DNA of 64,000 nucleotides from Eutreptiella sp. 'Long Island Sound 2002'. Taxonomy: Eukaryota; Protista; Euglenida. The notes below the pieces were generated by a model. That model had not been told where the DNA came from and made no database searches. It saw only the letters and a program-made list of their open reading frames with translations. Positions 49,700 through 61,622 of this stretch are shown here, piece by piece; the stretch's first letter is position 1, and the number at the start of each line of letters is the position of its first letter. A program made the translations under genes and the position numbers. The DNA is taken from the NCBI GenBank assembly GCA_964036045.1, contig OZ038378.1, positions 49,414,001-49,478,000 of the forward strand. The letters are read 5' to 3'.

Positions 49700-50558
49700 G
49701 CACGAGGGGGGTGACAATGCAGCCCCCCTCCCCCGAGACAACCCAATCGGCATTTTGATTTCTACACCCCTATTATTGCCGTCCCCCAAATGACTAGGCT
49801 CTGCAGAGCTCAGCTTTGTCCAACAATGCGTTTTGGGGCCTTGTATTACTAGTTCTTGTTCCTCTTGGCCCTGCAGAGCCCAGCTTGTCGCCATTGCCTG
49901 ATCTGTACCCCCATCTGGTCATTTTGTGTTCGTTTCTTAGGGCTGGGTCAGTCTTGGACGGTGCCATCGCCATTGTTTGGTCTGTGCACACGTTTCCATG
50001 CTTTCGTATTGTAGTGAGCACCCGCTGCGTCAGCCTCTGTCACCCTTGAAGAGGTGTGCCTGGCACTGTTGCACTGATACACTGTTACAACGTCTGAAGG
50101 TGAAATGCTAGCAGGTTTGGCTCTGGTGTTGCAGGCCATTCGGACACGCCCAATTTTACTGTTACCTCATACGTGTGTCACGGAGGGACGTTTTGGTGGG
50201 CCTGTATGCGCTTTGGCACTAGACATTGTATTTGAGACGCCTCTGCAGTGATTAGCTGTTTTGGGGACAGCTTTGCTTATTTCAACCCCAGTGGGTGCCG
50301 AATTGAATGCTTTATTCCGGCTAAGTTGCTGTTGAAATCTGCCCTTTGTCATCATTGATGCTTTGAAGTACCTGATTGTTATGGTGCTTTTACTGACCTC
50401 ATTTGTCCTGTAAAGTGTGTGTGCTTCTGAGACATGTGTGACATACCAAGCGACATTAACATTGATGGCAACGTTGGTGAGACACACACCGGAAGCCGAG
50501 AAAGTGGACGGAGCGCAGCCAGAGCCCTCCATAGAGGAAGCTGTACTGGGCAGCACCG

Positions 50559-51137
50559 TTGCTGGGCCCCCTTGCAGGTGGGTACAAGTATCGTGTCGCA
50601 AGGAAGATGGGTAGCATCAAGGACTCCACAAGGGTACCGGCCATTGCAAACTACGTGGAGGTGAGGAGAACAAAGGTGCATTGCAAGGAATTGAAGTTGG
50701 ACAGGTACATGGAGTATGGGCAATTACGGCTTATCGATTGGGACTACGTGGCAGAGGTAAAGGAGGACCTACTTGCAAACCCCCGTGATGACCGACTGCG
50801 GCTTGTGGTCTTGGACGACAAAGGGTTGGGAACGGCGCGTCGCAATTCGATCAACGTAACGGGCTACTTTGCGTGCTCTGTGTGATGTGCCATGCTATTG
50901 TATTGAGTGGGAGCCCTGTGGGTGATTGGAGGCCAACACGGCGTTACGCCGTGTGAGGAAATTTGCAAGGATGTGACAGCAAGGATGGGCGAGGTCGAGG
51001 ACTTCATCACCAACTTTGACGTGCGCATCGTCAAGTTTGATACATCCGTTGAGATGAAGCGAAAGCTGGCTCGACAACACAATAGGGTGCAACACAGTGG
51101 ACGTGACAGCAATGTACCCCAACCAAATTTTGGATAG
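50559..51137 (+). pseudogene. ParB/Srx-like domain protein (two in-frame stops, possibly a short intron)
   Basis: GQLRLIDWDYVAEVKEDLLANP...LRLVVLDD followed in the same frame by LWVIGGQHGVTPCEEI, matching the ParB QxR..(V)..L...I.V...vIDGxHR..A pattern. R-to-G and A-to-P are each one substitution away. Confidence 0.55.
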
Positions 51138-51985
51138 ATGTGAGGTCCTGATGGGCAGACAACGCAGGAGGTTAGGTTTGAGTACCCCAGATCTGGTCCA
51201 TGCGAACCCCCACAACACCAGTCCCCGTCCGCGGGGCCCCATGGGAACGGGCCATGTAAGCCCCGCAAACACATGACTCCTCTGACGCGCGTGAGCCTGC
51301 CCCCTCTGGCAGCACCAAGTAGTTGAACGTTGGCGCCCCCCTTTGCTATTTTCCTTGTGCATCCCTTTTTGTTCTCTTTTCCCCCCCACCCCCTCCCGTT
51401 TATCAGTTTCGCCATGTCTTGGGTTTTCGATCGCATCTTCCCCGACTGGGTGTCAGAGTAGGATGTACCCGAGCTGCAACTCTTGGATGATGCCCCTCTT
51501 GCTCCATGGGACAACGACGCTGAGAAACCCCTTTCGGAATAGACCTAAAGAGTTGATTGCATTGGCTGCCTAGTGCTTTGTTGTTCGTGTGCGCTTTCGC
51601 GGGGATGTGCACCATGTTCCGGTCACGGTTGCTTTGCAGCGCCTGCTTGCCGACCACCATCATTTGTGGTGGGAGCCAGGTGGGCGAACCTGTGTGGTGT
51701 GCCCTTGGGCAAGGGAACAAGGGTTGCGGGACACGTTCGTGCGCGAGCCGGTGCCCATTCATGAACCCCCCCCGCACAAAGTTTGCGGGCACCAACGGGC
51801 TGCAACATCTTTTTCCAATGCAACCGGTGTTGCATACCATCAAAGGTGCCATCGGCGGTGCGTGCAGCGTTGTTGGGTAGGTATTACCCCCTGCAAATGT
51901 AGGTGTACTGTTTGAGAATCTGAGTAGCGTGGCCCAACGGTACCAAGTCACAAAGTAGCCTCGTGACTCTCGGCAATATCGCTCG

Positions 51986-52495
51986 TTGGTGCGAAGCCGC
52001 TTCCAGACCGGCGTGTGGCTGACAGACCGTGAGGCACGGCACCTTGCGTTGCAACTAGCCCAAGATTTTGCTCTTCCACTGCCTTACAATGTTTTGTTCC
52101 TCTCGATCTGTCACCTTGTCGTTCTGATCTACAGTAGTACCCTGCAAATAACCGCCAAGGAATGGCGCATTTGGGGCATGCTTCATGTGTTCCTCATGCA
52201 CGTGGTCCTTGAATACAGCGAAGAAGGTAGCACACAAACTCTGTACTGTCATGGGTTGGAACATGATTCCCAACTTCCTCGGTTACCGATAGGATGTACA
52301 GATGAGGCAGGGGAGACGGATCTTAGGCTTGGGAAGCGATTGGCCAGCCTAACGTCCACTGTTGCGGACAAGAGTATTGAAGAGACATTGGGCCATGAAA
52401 CGTATGTGAAATTCCCTGGGCGCCGTGCCCGGCGCTGTGAATTCCATTTGTGGCAGCTTGAGAGGCGCGCGGTTGTCTGGAGCAATGTGTGGTGA
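51986..52495 (+). CDS. Hypothetical ORF (169 aa) inside the element
   Basis: Open frame co-oriented with the neighbouring ORFs; no family recognised. Confidence 0.2.
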   Translation: MVRSRFQTGVWLTDREARHLALQLAQDFALPLPYNVLFLSICHLVVLIYSSTLQITAKEWRIWGMLHVFLMHVVLEYSEEGSTQTLYCHGLEHDSQLPRLPIGCTDEAGETDLRLGKRLASLTSTVADKSIEETLGHETYVKFPGRRARRCEFHLWQLERRAVVWSNVW

Positions 52496-53789
52496 GTGCC
52501 TCCCCGATGTGGAGGGCAGTGTTTGAGTAGTTCCTTGGAAAAGTGTTGTAGGACAACACGTTCAAATGCTACATGCATGTGACCACCCAATCCAAATATG
52601 TCACTACACACGGCTGTGGCCACAAATGGATGTGTAGTACAGCTGTGGCCGGTGTCGCGCTGAGCGGAGTGGGCAGTAGCGGTGGACCCTTGCGACCATG
52701 GCAGAGGTACGGCAGTGGCCCACATTCAACTATGCTAGTGCGACCCTCTTCCTAACCAAAAAGCAGCGGAAGGATCTTGCCAAAGAACGTCGGAAAGGTA
52801 AGGCGGTGAGAGGGACCTGTAGCAGGAGACGGGAAGAGCAGACCAAGGTGATAGTTGTGTCAAACTGTGCCGAGGACTCAGCCGCATCATTTGACATCGG
52901 CCGTGTGTCAGATCCGGGCACGGTTGGCACGCAACCAATGCGTGTCGCCAAGCTGCACAGGCGCATTGTTGTAGATGCGAGTAATTCATCAGACCTGTCA
53001 TAGCAGGTTCCGATACTTCTTGTAGGTCCTCCTCTGCTGCCGGTGAGTCAAGCTTTCGTACCGACAGCAATGCTTCTATGAGTAGGACCACCCCCAGCAG
53101 CAGCAGCAGCAGTAGCAGTGAATCCCCCTTCCTTGTTGTACCGCCTCTGAAAAAGTTTCACCGCCGTGGCACCCCAAGCAAGGCAACTTTGAAGGTTGAT
53201 TGTATTGACGTGGATGACGCATCCTCAAGCTCACCCCCTACAACCTTACTTTGCAAAAGTGACCATTACCCAACCAATTACATTAACCGTTAACCATTGA
53301 TGACCTCTTCCTCAGGAACCCACTCCCTGGTCCTTGGTGCGGCCAGGGTATACCCTAACCGATGACACCCACCCTAAATTGGGCCGGGGCGGTGCAAATG
53401 TCGGACTTTAGCACGTGTGCGGCATACCCAACTGTTCCGAGGTGCCCAATATGTGCGTTTTTTGCACATTCTAGTGGTTTTTGGATGTTTTGCGGTGCAC
53501 CGTACGTACTGCGCGTTGCCAGCGAACTTTGCCATGGGCGCTCCGAAAATCGCTTGGGATTTATCCGGTGCCCGCTCCGGAAATCCCAAGCATGGTTGGT
53601 TTTCCTAGGCATATTTGAGCATGGCCCTAGGCATTTTCCTAGGCAAAAAATATCCCTGGTGATTTGGAGATACGAAGCAAAGCCGTTTAGCGACATGTGA
53701 ACTAGGTAGTTGGTGTGGGCTCAATGTGCCAACGAGTGTGCAATGGATGTACCATGCCTCAGGCTTCGATGTAGCATCTACAGCAACAG

Positions 53790-56350
53790 GTGTCCAATAC
53801 AGCCTTCGGTCCCACCTACAACGATTTATTGAGGGCTGTGCTCCCTTCCATGAATCGCCGCAGCCCTTGTAAATGGGAGTGGATCCCCTGTGATGATTCA
53901 ATCAACGGTCTACTCCCTTCAATAAATCATCGCAGCCCTTGTAAATGGAAGTACACACCCCGCCATGATTCATTGAGGGCCCTTATAGAGGGGAGTAAAC
54001 CCCACGCGTTGATTTTTTTGAGGGACCACATACTCCAAAGAATCAACGTGTGGCCTTTGTGGAGGGAAGTGGACCACACACGTTGATTACTTGGAGGGCC
54101 TAGACCCTCCAACCAATCAAATGGTGGCCATATATTCCTTGTAAAGGGGACGAGACCCCACGCGTGCACCCTCCAGAGGGTCTATACCCTGCACCCAATC
54201 AACTTGTCTCCTTATACCCCTTTTAGAGTGGAGTAGACCACGCGCATTGATTTTGCAGAGGGCCTAGACTCTCCAAACAACCAAAAGGTGGCCTTACACC
54301 CGTCTGAGAGGGGACTAGACCCCACACTTCGATTGTTTGCAGGGTCTAGACCCCCCAATAAATCAACGCGTGGCCTTATACACCTTGTAGAGGGCAGTGG
54401 ACCCCATGCGATCATTGTTTGGAGGGTCTAGACCCCCCAATGAGGCAACGTGTGACTTTATACCCCTTGCAAAGGGGTGTAGACCTTATGACTTTGTTCC
54501 GATAAGAGTACAGACCCTCCAAAGAATCAACGTGTGGCCTCATACCCCTTCTAGTGAGGAGCGGACCCCATGCGTTTCTTCCTTGCAGGGTCTACACCTT
54601 GCAATGTCTCAACGCGTGGCCTTATGCCTCTTGTGGAGGGGAGTAGATCACACACATTGATTTTGTACAGGGTCTAGACCCTCCAAAGAATCAATGCTTT
54701 GCCTTATGTCCCTTGTAGAGGGGAGTAGACCCCATACATTGATTTTTTTTGAGGGTGTAAACCCTCCAAAGAATTGGTGCATGGCCGTATGCCCCTATGC
54801 AAGGGAGTACACACGACGCATTATTCTTCGGAGAATATGGACCAAATCGACACGTGGCTTTATACACCCTGTCGAGGGGAATGGACCCCAAGTGTTAATT
54901 TTTCGGAGGATCTAGACCCTCGGAAAAATCAACGTGTGGCCTTGTGCCCCTTGTAGAGTGGAGTACACCCACACATTCATTATTAGAGGACCCTTCAATG
55001 AATCAATGTGTGGCTCTATACCCCTTGTAGAGGGGAGTAGACCCTACGCGTTGATTCTTTGGGGGGTCTAGTCCCTCTCCCTTGTACAACGGAGTAGACC
55101 CCAAACCTTCATTCATTAGAGGGTCTAGGCCATCCAATCAATCAACGCGTGTCCTGATACCACTTGCAGAGGGGAGTAGAACGTGCACATTCATTCTTTG
55201 GAGGGTCTAGCCCCTCCAATGAAGGAACGCGTGGCCTTTATACCATCTGTAGAGGGGTGTAGACCCCATGCGTTGATTGTTCGGAGGATCTAGACCCTCC
55301 AATCAATCAACACGTAGCCTTATATCCATTGTGGAGGGGGGTAGACTCTGCTTCTTGATTCTTTAGCGGGACTAGATCGTCCAATGAATCCATGCATGCC
55401 CTTGTATCCCCTTGTAGAGCGGAGTAGACGCCACGTGTTGATTCTTCACAAGGTCCGGACTCTCCCATGCATCATCTGGTGGCCTTATACCCCCTATAGA
55501 GGGCAGTGGACCCCACACGTTGATTCTTTGAAGGCTCTACACCATCCAATGAACCAACGCGTGGCCTTATACCCGTTGTAGAGCCGAGTAGACCTCAAGC
55601 GTTGATTGTTGAGAGGGTTTGCACCCTCCAATGAATCAAAGCGTGGCCCTATACCTATTGTCCATAGGAGTAGACCCCACACCTTCATTTTTGGAGGGTC
55701 TAGACCCTACAATGAACCAACGCGTGGCCTTATACCCCTTGTAGAGGGGAGTAGACCCCACACGGTGATCCTTTGGAGGGTCTAGACCCTTCCATGAATC
55801 AACGTGTGGATCTACACCCTTTGTAGAGGAGAGCAGACCTCACGTCTTGTCTAAATCTTGCAATTAATCATTGCGTGACCCTATCGCCCCTGATAAGGGG
55901 AGTACACCCCAGGTGTTGATCTTCTGTAGGGTCTAGGCCGTCCAATGAATCAATGTGTGGCCTTATACTCCTTTGTAGAGAGCCATTGATGCCACGCGTT
56001 GATTATTCAGAGGGTCTAGGCCCTCCCAGGATTCAGCGCGCACCCCCCTTAGAGGGGAGTAGACCCCATGTGTTGAGTTTTTGGACGGTCTACACCCTAC
56101 AATGAATCAACACGTGGCCTTATACCCGTTGTGGCGGGGAGTGCACCTCGCGTCTTGATTCTTTAGAGCGTCTAGACCCTCCCAAGAGTCAGCCCGTGGC
56201 CTTATACCCCTTGTAGAGGGGAGTACACCCCATGTGGTGTTTGTTTAGAGGGTCTGGATCAATTGTACAGGGGAGTGGAACCCATGCGTTGATTCTTTGG
56301 AGGGTCTAGACCGTCCAATGAATCAGTGTGTGTCCTTATACCCCTTGGTG
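53790..56350 (+). repeat. Right array of about 30 degenerate ~82-bp hairpin units
   Basis: Consensus by eye: CGCGTTGATTCTTTGGAGGGTCTAGACCCTCCAATGAATCAACGCG-TGGCCTTATACCCCTTGTAGAGGGGAGTAGACCCCA. Period 82 between 55693 and 55775. Confidence 0.9.
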
Positions 56351-57973
56351 TAAAGAGTGAGGTCTGCCTCAAAATCATGACCCTCATTGTCGATGGGTCA
56401 TAGGATGATGAATTTGGATAATCCCTAAATCGCAGATGGTGAATGTGAACCTATTCCAATGATGTCACTTCAGTGCAACACTGAGTCTTGGGTGATGGAC
56501 TGTGCTGATGGATATATTGGATGATTGCACAATCAGCCACTTGGGGGTTCATTGCTTGGGGCAAAATCTCTGCGAGGTGGACTTGTTCATGGCAAATCGA
56601 TTTCCAAGATCATCCCCTTTATGGGTCCTCCACATTGGGGACTTAGCCGTTTTCCCGCCGGCATGGGTCAGCTGAAAACTCGCTATTTTCGGGTAACCTC
56701 CGACAACCTGGGGGGATTCTTGCGCTGTTGTTGGCTCATCATTTGTGGACAATGGGAGTACATACAAACCCATGGGAAGCCATAATGGTGGTGGATCTAA
56801 TGGATGATTGCGATATCAGCCTTGGGGGTTCATTGCTAGGGGCAAGGTCTCTGCGAGGCCGACTTGCTACAGACAACAGAATGTAGATGTTTTGCAACCT
56901 CTGGCCCCACCTAGGGTTGGTCATGGCCCATTTGAAAGATGCTATTTGTTTTGAATATGACCCGCATGGGTTGCCTGAAAAATTAACTTTTGCTGTGACC
57001 CCTAACGACCTCTAGGAGTCTTGGGCCATGTTTCGGCCATCATTTGGCGAATGGAAGTGCATATAAACTCATGGGGAGCTGTGTAGCACTGGCCAGGCTG
57101 CCGCATTTGTGCGTATTGGCTTTCAAAAGCGCCAATTGGGGCCATTTTGTGTCCAATGGTGGATAGGAGTTGGTGTGTCGTGGCCATTGTGTGTCAATCT
57201 AGATCCAGGTCCCATACCACTTCTTTCTTCCTTCTGGAACGCTTAACCAGTGGCGGGGGGTCGTGGTTTCTATTTCCAGGTACCCCCAATTGGCCCCCCT
57301 ATGGGGCCCTAAAAGTGTGAGGACTTACACGTTTTCAGGCTAGCATGGGTTGGCCGAAAAATGCCAATTTTGGGGTGGCCTCCAATGACCGCTTGGTCGC
57401 CTTGGGCCAGGTTTGGGTGTTCATCTAGGGACAATGGGAGCATATAAATTCATGGCACGGATGGCCGGAAGCCTAGGATTTGCCCCAATTACGTCACTCA
57501 CAGTAACCTTGATCCCCCGCCCCCCAACATCCCATGCCCAATCTCTCTTCTAGCACAGCTCTGCAGCCACCCAGTCAATGTGGAAGCACTGGTAGCTCTG
57601 CTGCCTTTTTTCGACCAAATTCATGCACATTCTCACATGATGAAGTTCCGATTAGTCATCTGAATACAAATTTTGGTGCCCTTGGCAAGTCCTCCTCGCA
57701 GAGACTTGCCCCTGCCAATGCACAAAAAGGTTGCCCTGCAGTTTAGCCTGTCCATCACTGCAAATGGGCTGAAAGAGCCTGAAAACAGCCCTCTCCTGTC
57801 CATGGACCCCATAAGGTCGGATCAATTGGTGCTACACAGCTCACGGACCCACCCCACCCCATTTAGACCATGTCAACATGCAAACCTTGACAAATATCTA
57901 TGGCAGGGAAAAAAGTGGGCTGCATGCGACACGATTCATACAGACACACTCATCTTTTTGCTGGCTGTTGCAG

Positions 57974-58121
57974 ATGTACATTGGCCGTGCCAAAGTCTCG
58001 CTGAAAAACATTATTGAGCAGACATCAGATTATTTGACACTACCTCTCATCAGTGACATCAGCGACCCTGAGAGTCCACAGCCACAGTTGATTGTAAACA
58101 TTTACCCTGTGGATTCCAAAG
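57974..58121 (+). CDS. Probable distal exon of the kinesin (C2-like tail segment)
   Basis: gttgcag|ATG...AAAG|gtctgt; MYIGRAKVSLKNII..LTLPL..QLIVNIYPVDSKG resembles the IG.A.V.L...L.V.L.P...G segment of kinesin-3 tails. It starts in phase 0, so it needs an unfound intervening exon. Confidence 0.6.
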
Positions 58122-58353
58122 GTCTGTTGCAGGCACTTTCAGGGCAGACGTTGGACTTTCATTGAAGGTGAGGCAGGGAGGCAGGAGGGCAGGGTATATG
58201 TGCATGTTTTTTGCCTAGTTTGTGTGCCCTTGGGATTTAAAGGGCAGCGTGATGGCCTACTATGGACCTTATGGGAATGGCATGGGAAGCATCAGCCTTG
58301 CAGGTACATTGTGCGGGAACAGTGCAATGTGCAGTGCAATACAGCACTGTAAC

Positions 58354-58443
58354 AGGCGTTCTCACTGTTGTGCACCTCATTGATCTGGTTGGCACTCTAA
58401 AAGGCGTTCTCACTGTTGTGCACCTCATTGATCTGGTTGGCAC
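58354..58443 (+). repeat. 48-bp tandem duplication
   Basis: AGGCGTTCTCACTGTTGTGCACCTCATTGATCTGGTTGGCAC at 58354 and 58402. Confidence 0.95.
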
Positions 58444-60619
58444 CCTCGATGATGCATTTTCAGGGCCCAAAAAAAAACTTAAAGGGGCAATTAAGAGGGC
58501 CTCAAATGCGTTAGTGTTTCATATTTGGCTACTTTGGATGGCTTTGTACACCATGCATTGCCTTTACAACTCTCCTGGATGGATGAGATATTGGTCTACC
58601 ATCTGCATGGCACATGCACCTTGCAACGCTCCATTGGCCGGTGAGACTGATTGTGCACATGCAAGGGTAGAGTTTCATGCGTCGCGTGCAGTCTAGGAAC
58701 TGGTGAAACATAATTGCTACAGAAAAAATGGCCAGGGGCCACCTGGGGTGATATTGGTGCTTTTAGCCCATGCACAGTCACTGTTGGCTTGGTTGTGTAC
58801 CTCTGCATCTTGTGTATCTGTAAAGCCCCCTAAATGGTGCATTTGGCCACCAGTAATGGGTTCAAGATGAGGAAAAGAAATATGTTTGTTCAGGTGCTGT
58901 GCTAGCTCCCCGGGAAGGGCAAGCCTACTTTTGTTGGTCCATTTTGTCATGGTTTGGACCACTTTTGTCGCAGCACACCTCACTAGTGGTGTCAACCAGT
59001 GGAGACATTTTTTGTTTTTGCTATGGTAGGGTCACTGTTTTGGTGTGTGGTCACAGGGTGGTAAAATGTGCTCAAACAACATTCTTCCCACATGCGAATG
59101 CAAGCTGTCCTATGGCATGGATGCATGGTGCCAAGCCGGGTATACAGTAATGCAACTCAGCCCTTGCGCTCCTTGCCTTTTGGCGACGTACCTTGTCCTG
59201 CCACACCCTCTTGAGCAATTTGGTACTCGTGACCATGTGTGCCAGCCCTAGCAGGCAGAACCATGGAATGTGTCCTACCTTCTGCTCCAGCAGGGCAACA
59301 ATGGACTTGAGGTGGCCTATGTAGTTGTTGAGGGTGGCCCACACCGTTGAGGCTGGTAAGGTTGACTCAAACTCTGTGTTGCAACACTAGCTGTTGATGG
59401 GCATGAACAGTTCCTCCTATGAGGCTACGAGGCTTCTGCATCCAATGACTTGCTAGAGACATTGCTTAAGACTACCCCCTCCCGGCAAGTCATTTGCTCG
59501 GGGTCTACCCCACCGGGGGTACTAGCCAGGGTGGGGGGTCTATTGCCCCCCCCCCCCCCCCGGCTTGGTCCCTGAGGCACCAGCCTTGCGCACCCACCGT
59601 ACGGAGTGTGGTCGTGTACCGAGGACCATGTCGGAAACCCCTCCCTACGAGGCCCATGTTGGAAACACCTCTCTACGGGCCCAGGATAGGAGGGGGCACT
59701 CGCAAAGGCTAATTATGGGGTGTGGCCCACGGCACACGGCCGTAAGCAAAGGGACACCCCCCCCCCCGACCGACCCCCAAGATACGCCGGGGGGACGTCA
59801 GCCCAGGACCCCACAGAACGCTACATGGACAACACACTTGGAACAGCACCAAAAGGCGTACACCACATGAAAATGTACATGTAGGCTAGTTGGACATTCA
59901 CAAATAATGATGGTGCCTTGCCCGTGCTTACCGATATGCTCCTGCTTTTGTGTGTTTTCCTGTTGCATTTTGCCTATGGTACTTCAGCCCACCACACGAG
60001 TCATAATCAGGTTGGCAGGCACAAGCTCAAAGGTACATCCTCCTACTCATTGTGATTCAACCGAGAGGCACACCTCGACCCTTGGAGGCCCCTGCGCCCA
60101 GCATGCGGCGAGCCTTCCTCGCCCGAGTGAACCCAATCTGTGGAGGGGGCGCCCCTGCAGCATGACGGGCTACTTCATCAGAGCCGTCCTTAGTTCCCCT
60201 ATGGCACTCTCGGGCTTGTCCCTCCCCTTACGGTTTTGCTTCGGCGACATGCTTGAAGCCTCCGCCTCGCATGCTCCAAAGCCCAAGCCTCCTAGGTATC
60301 CGAGTTGGCGGATACTTGCCGATACCTTCCGTTTCCCCCATTTTTCCAAGCGCATAACGGATATCTAGTTTTTTAATGGCAACACTGCTACTTGTGCTTA
60401 GGCTTAGGCTCCACAGATGCTCACCACTTGTTCCTTTCCTGTCTCTCTCCTCCGCTTGTTAGTCCCTTTGTTGTTACATAAATGGACCATCCGCCAAAAT
60501 GTTGGTCACATGGCGGCAATTTATACTTGTTTTTAGTTGAAGCTTTCCTCCGTTCCAATGGTTTTTCAGATTTCCAGCCAAGGCGCACCACTTCTCGTTG
60601 GTGCCTTTTGGCATGCGAA

Positions 60620-61066
60620 AGTGCTTGAGGTACTTAGAGATGCGCATGCCAAACTATGGAAGTAGTTAAGCAAGCACATGCAACTGTCCAAAGAGGCCCA
60701 AATTCTTGACCCAACCCAAACGGCTGCATTAGCACCTGACATTGCTGTGTTCCCTTTGATCCCCCCCCCCCACATGTCCAACGCACATTGGTTGAGAATG
60801 GGGAGTGGAAGGTGTATGGTGATAGTGTCATGCCTCCCATAGCACAATTTGACATCCTTGGGTAGCGGGAGGGCATGGTTGTGCGCTTGCCCAACCTATA
60901 CCACGTCGCACGATGCATCCTAGCCATTCCACATACTTCTTGTGATGTGGAACGATCCTTCTCAGCTTGGAGGCGCGTGCGTTCTGAAAAACAGCTAAGG
61001 ATGAAGGACGGCGCCCACAAGGCGTTTGTGTCTTTTTGTTTAAATGGTGTTGTTCCGCCGCCATAG
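60620..61066 (+). pseudogene. hAT transposase C-terminal fragment (dimerization domain)
   Basis: FDILG*REGMVVRLPNLYHVARCILAIPHTSCDVERSFS, the canonical P.L...A..L.IP.SS..ERxFS motif. Confidence 0.85.
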
Positions 61067-61622
61067 CCATCACATTTCTGGTGGGCTAAGGTGCTATGTG
61101 CTTTGGTACAATGTTGTTGAGTGTCCAATGCATTTGCAAATTTCTAGTGTTTCGTATCTTGCTATCGTCGTACATTTTTGGATGTGTTTGAAATGCCCAT
61201 TCTCACCCACTATTCCCCATTCCCCCCTACTTTTTGCCATTTCCCCCCCCATTCACCCCATTTCCCCTCCATTTCCCCCCATTTCCCCCCCATTTTCCAT
61301 TTATCCCACTTTTCCACGGGTGTTCAGACACTCACATATTTCAGGATGAGGATACCTAGGAGGCCTCAAAGCCGGCCTCCACATGCAAACAAAAGCGCTT
61401 GGTAGAAGGGTGGGCTGGAGGAAAAGGCCGAGACGCCAGGCGCAAAGCGGAGCACCACAAGGGGATGGTCTCTTTGGCCCAGCCACAATACTCCTTGGGG
61501 GCTTCGAGCACGGGGGACTTTCAAGTGCACCTGCATCCCCCAGTAGCAGAACCATTTGATGATGCGTCCTTTGGGCAGTTGTAGTGTCTGGCCTGCACAC
61601 TAAATGGATTTTCGGAGCAGTG

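Larger units (their letters stand above)
44921..49885. promoter_or_regulatory. Eight copies of palindrome GGCTCTGCAGAGCC(CAGC) arranged as four pairs
   Basis: Starts near 44923, 44992, 45302, 45362, 46935, 47056, 49797 and 49867; intra-pair spacing 60-121 bp. Function unknown. Confidence 0.6.
41650..56350. mobile_element. Putative ~15-kb multi-ORF DNA element bounded by inverted ~82-bp hairpin arrays
   Basis: The same repeat unit is in opposite orientation at the two ends and encloses several decayed ORFs. Exact termini and TSD not found. Confidence 0.5.

Noticed and set aside
53790-56350. CRISPR array (regular palindromic repeats with a ~35-bp interval)
   Set aside because: The intervals are homologous to each other rather than unique, the repeats are degenerate throughout, no cas genes are present, and the context is a eukaryotic intron.
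60620-61066. Missing C-terminus of the chromo-hAT at 11657-13470
   Set aside because: It is 47 kb away with host kinesin exons in between; a separate hAT remnant is simpler.
61200-61320. Telomere-like repeat
   Set aside because: It is an irregular CCCCATTT-type low-complexity tract without a fixed unit.
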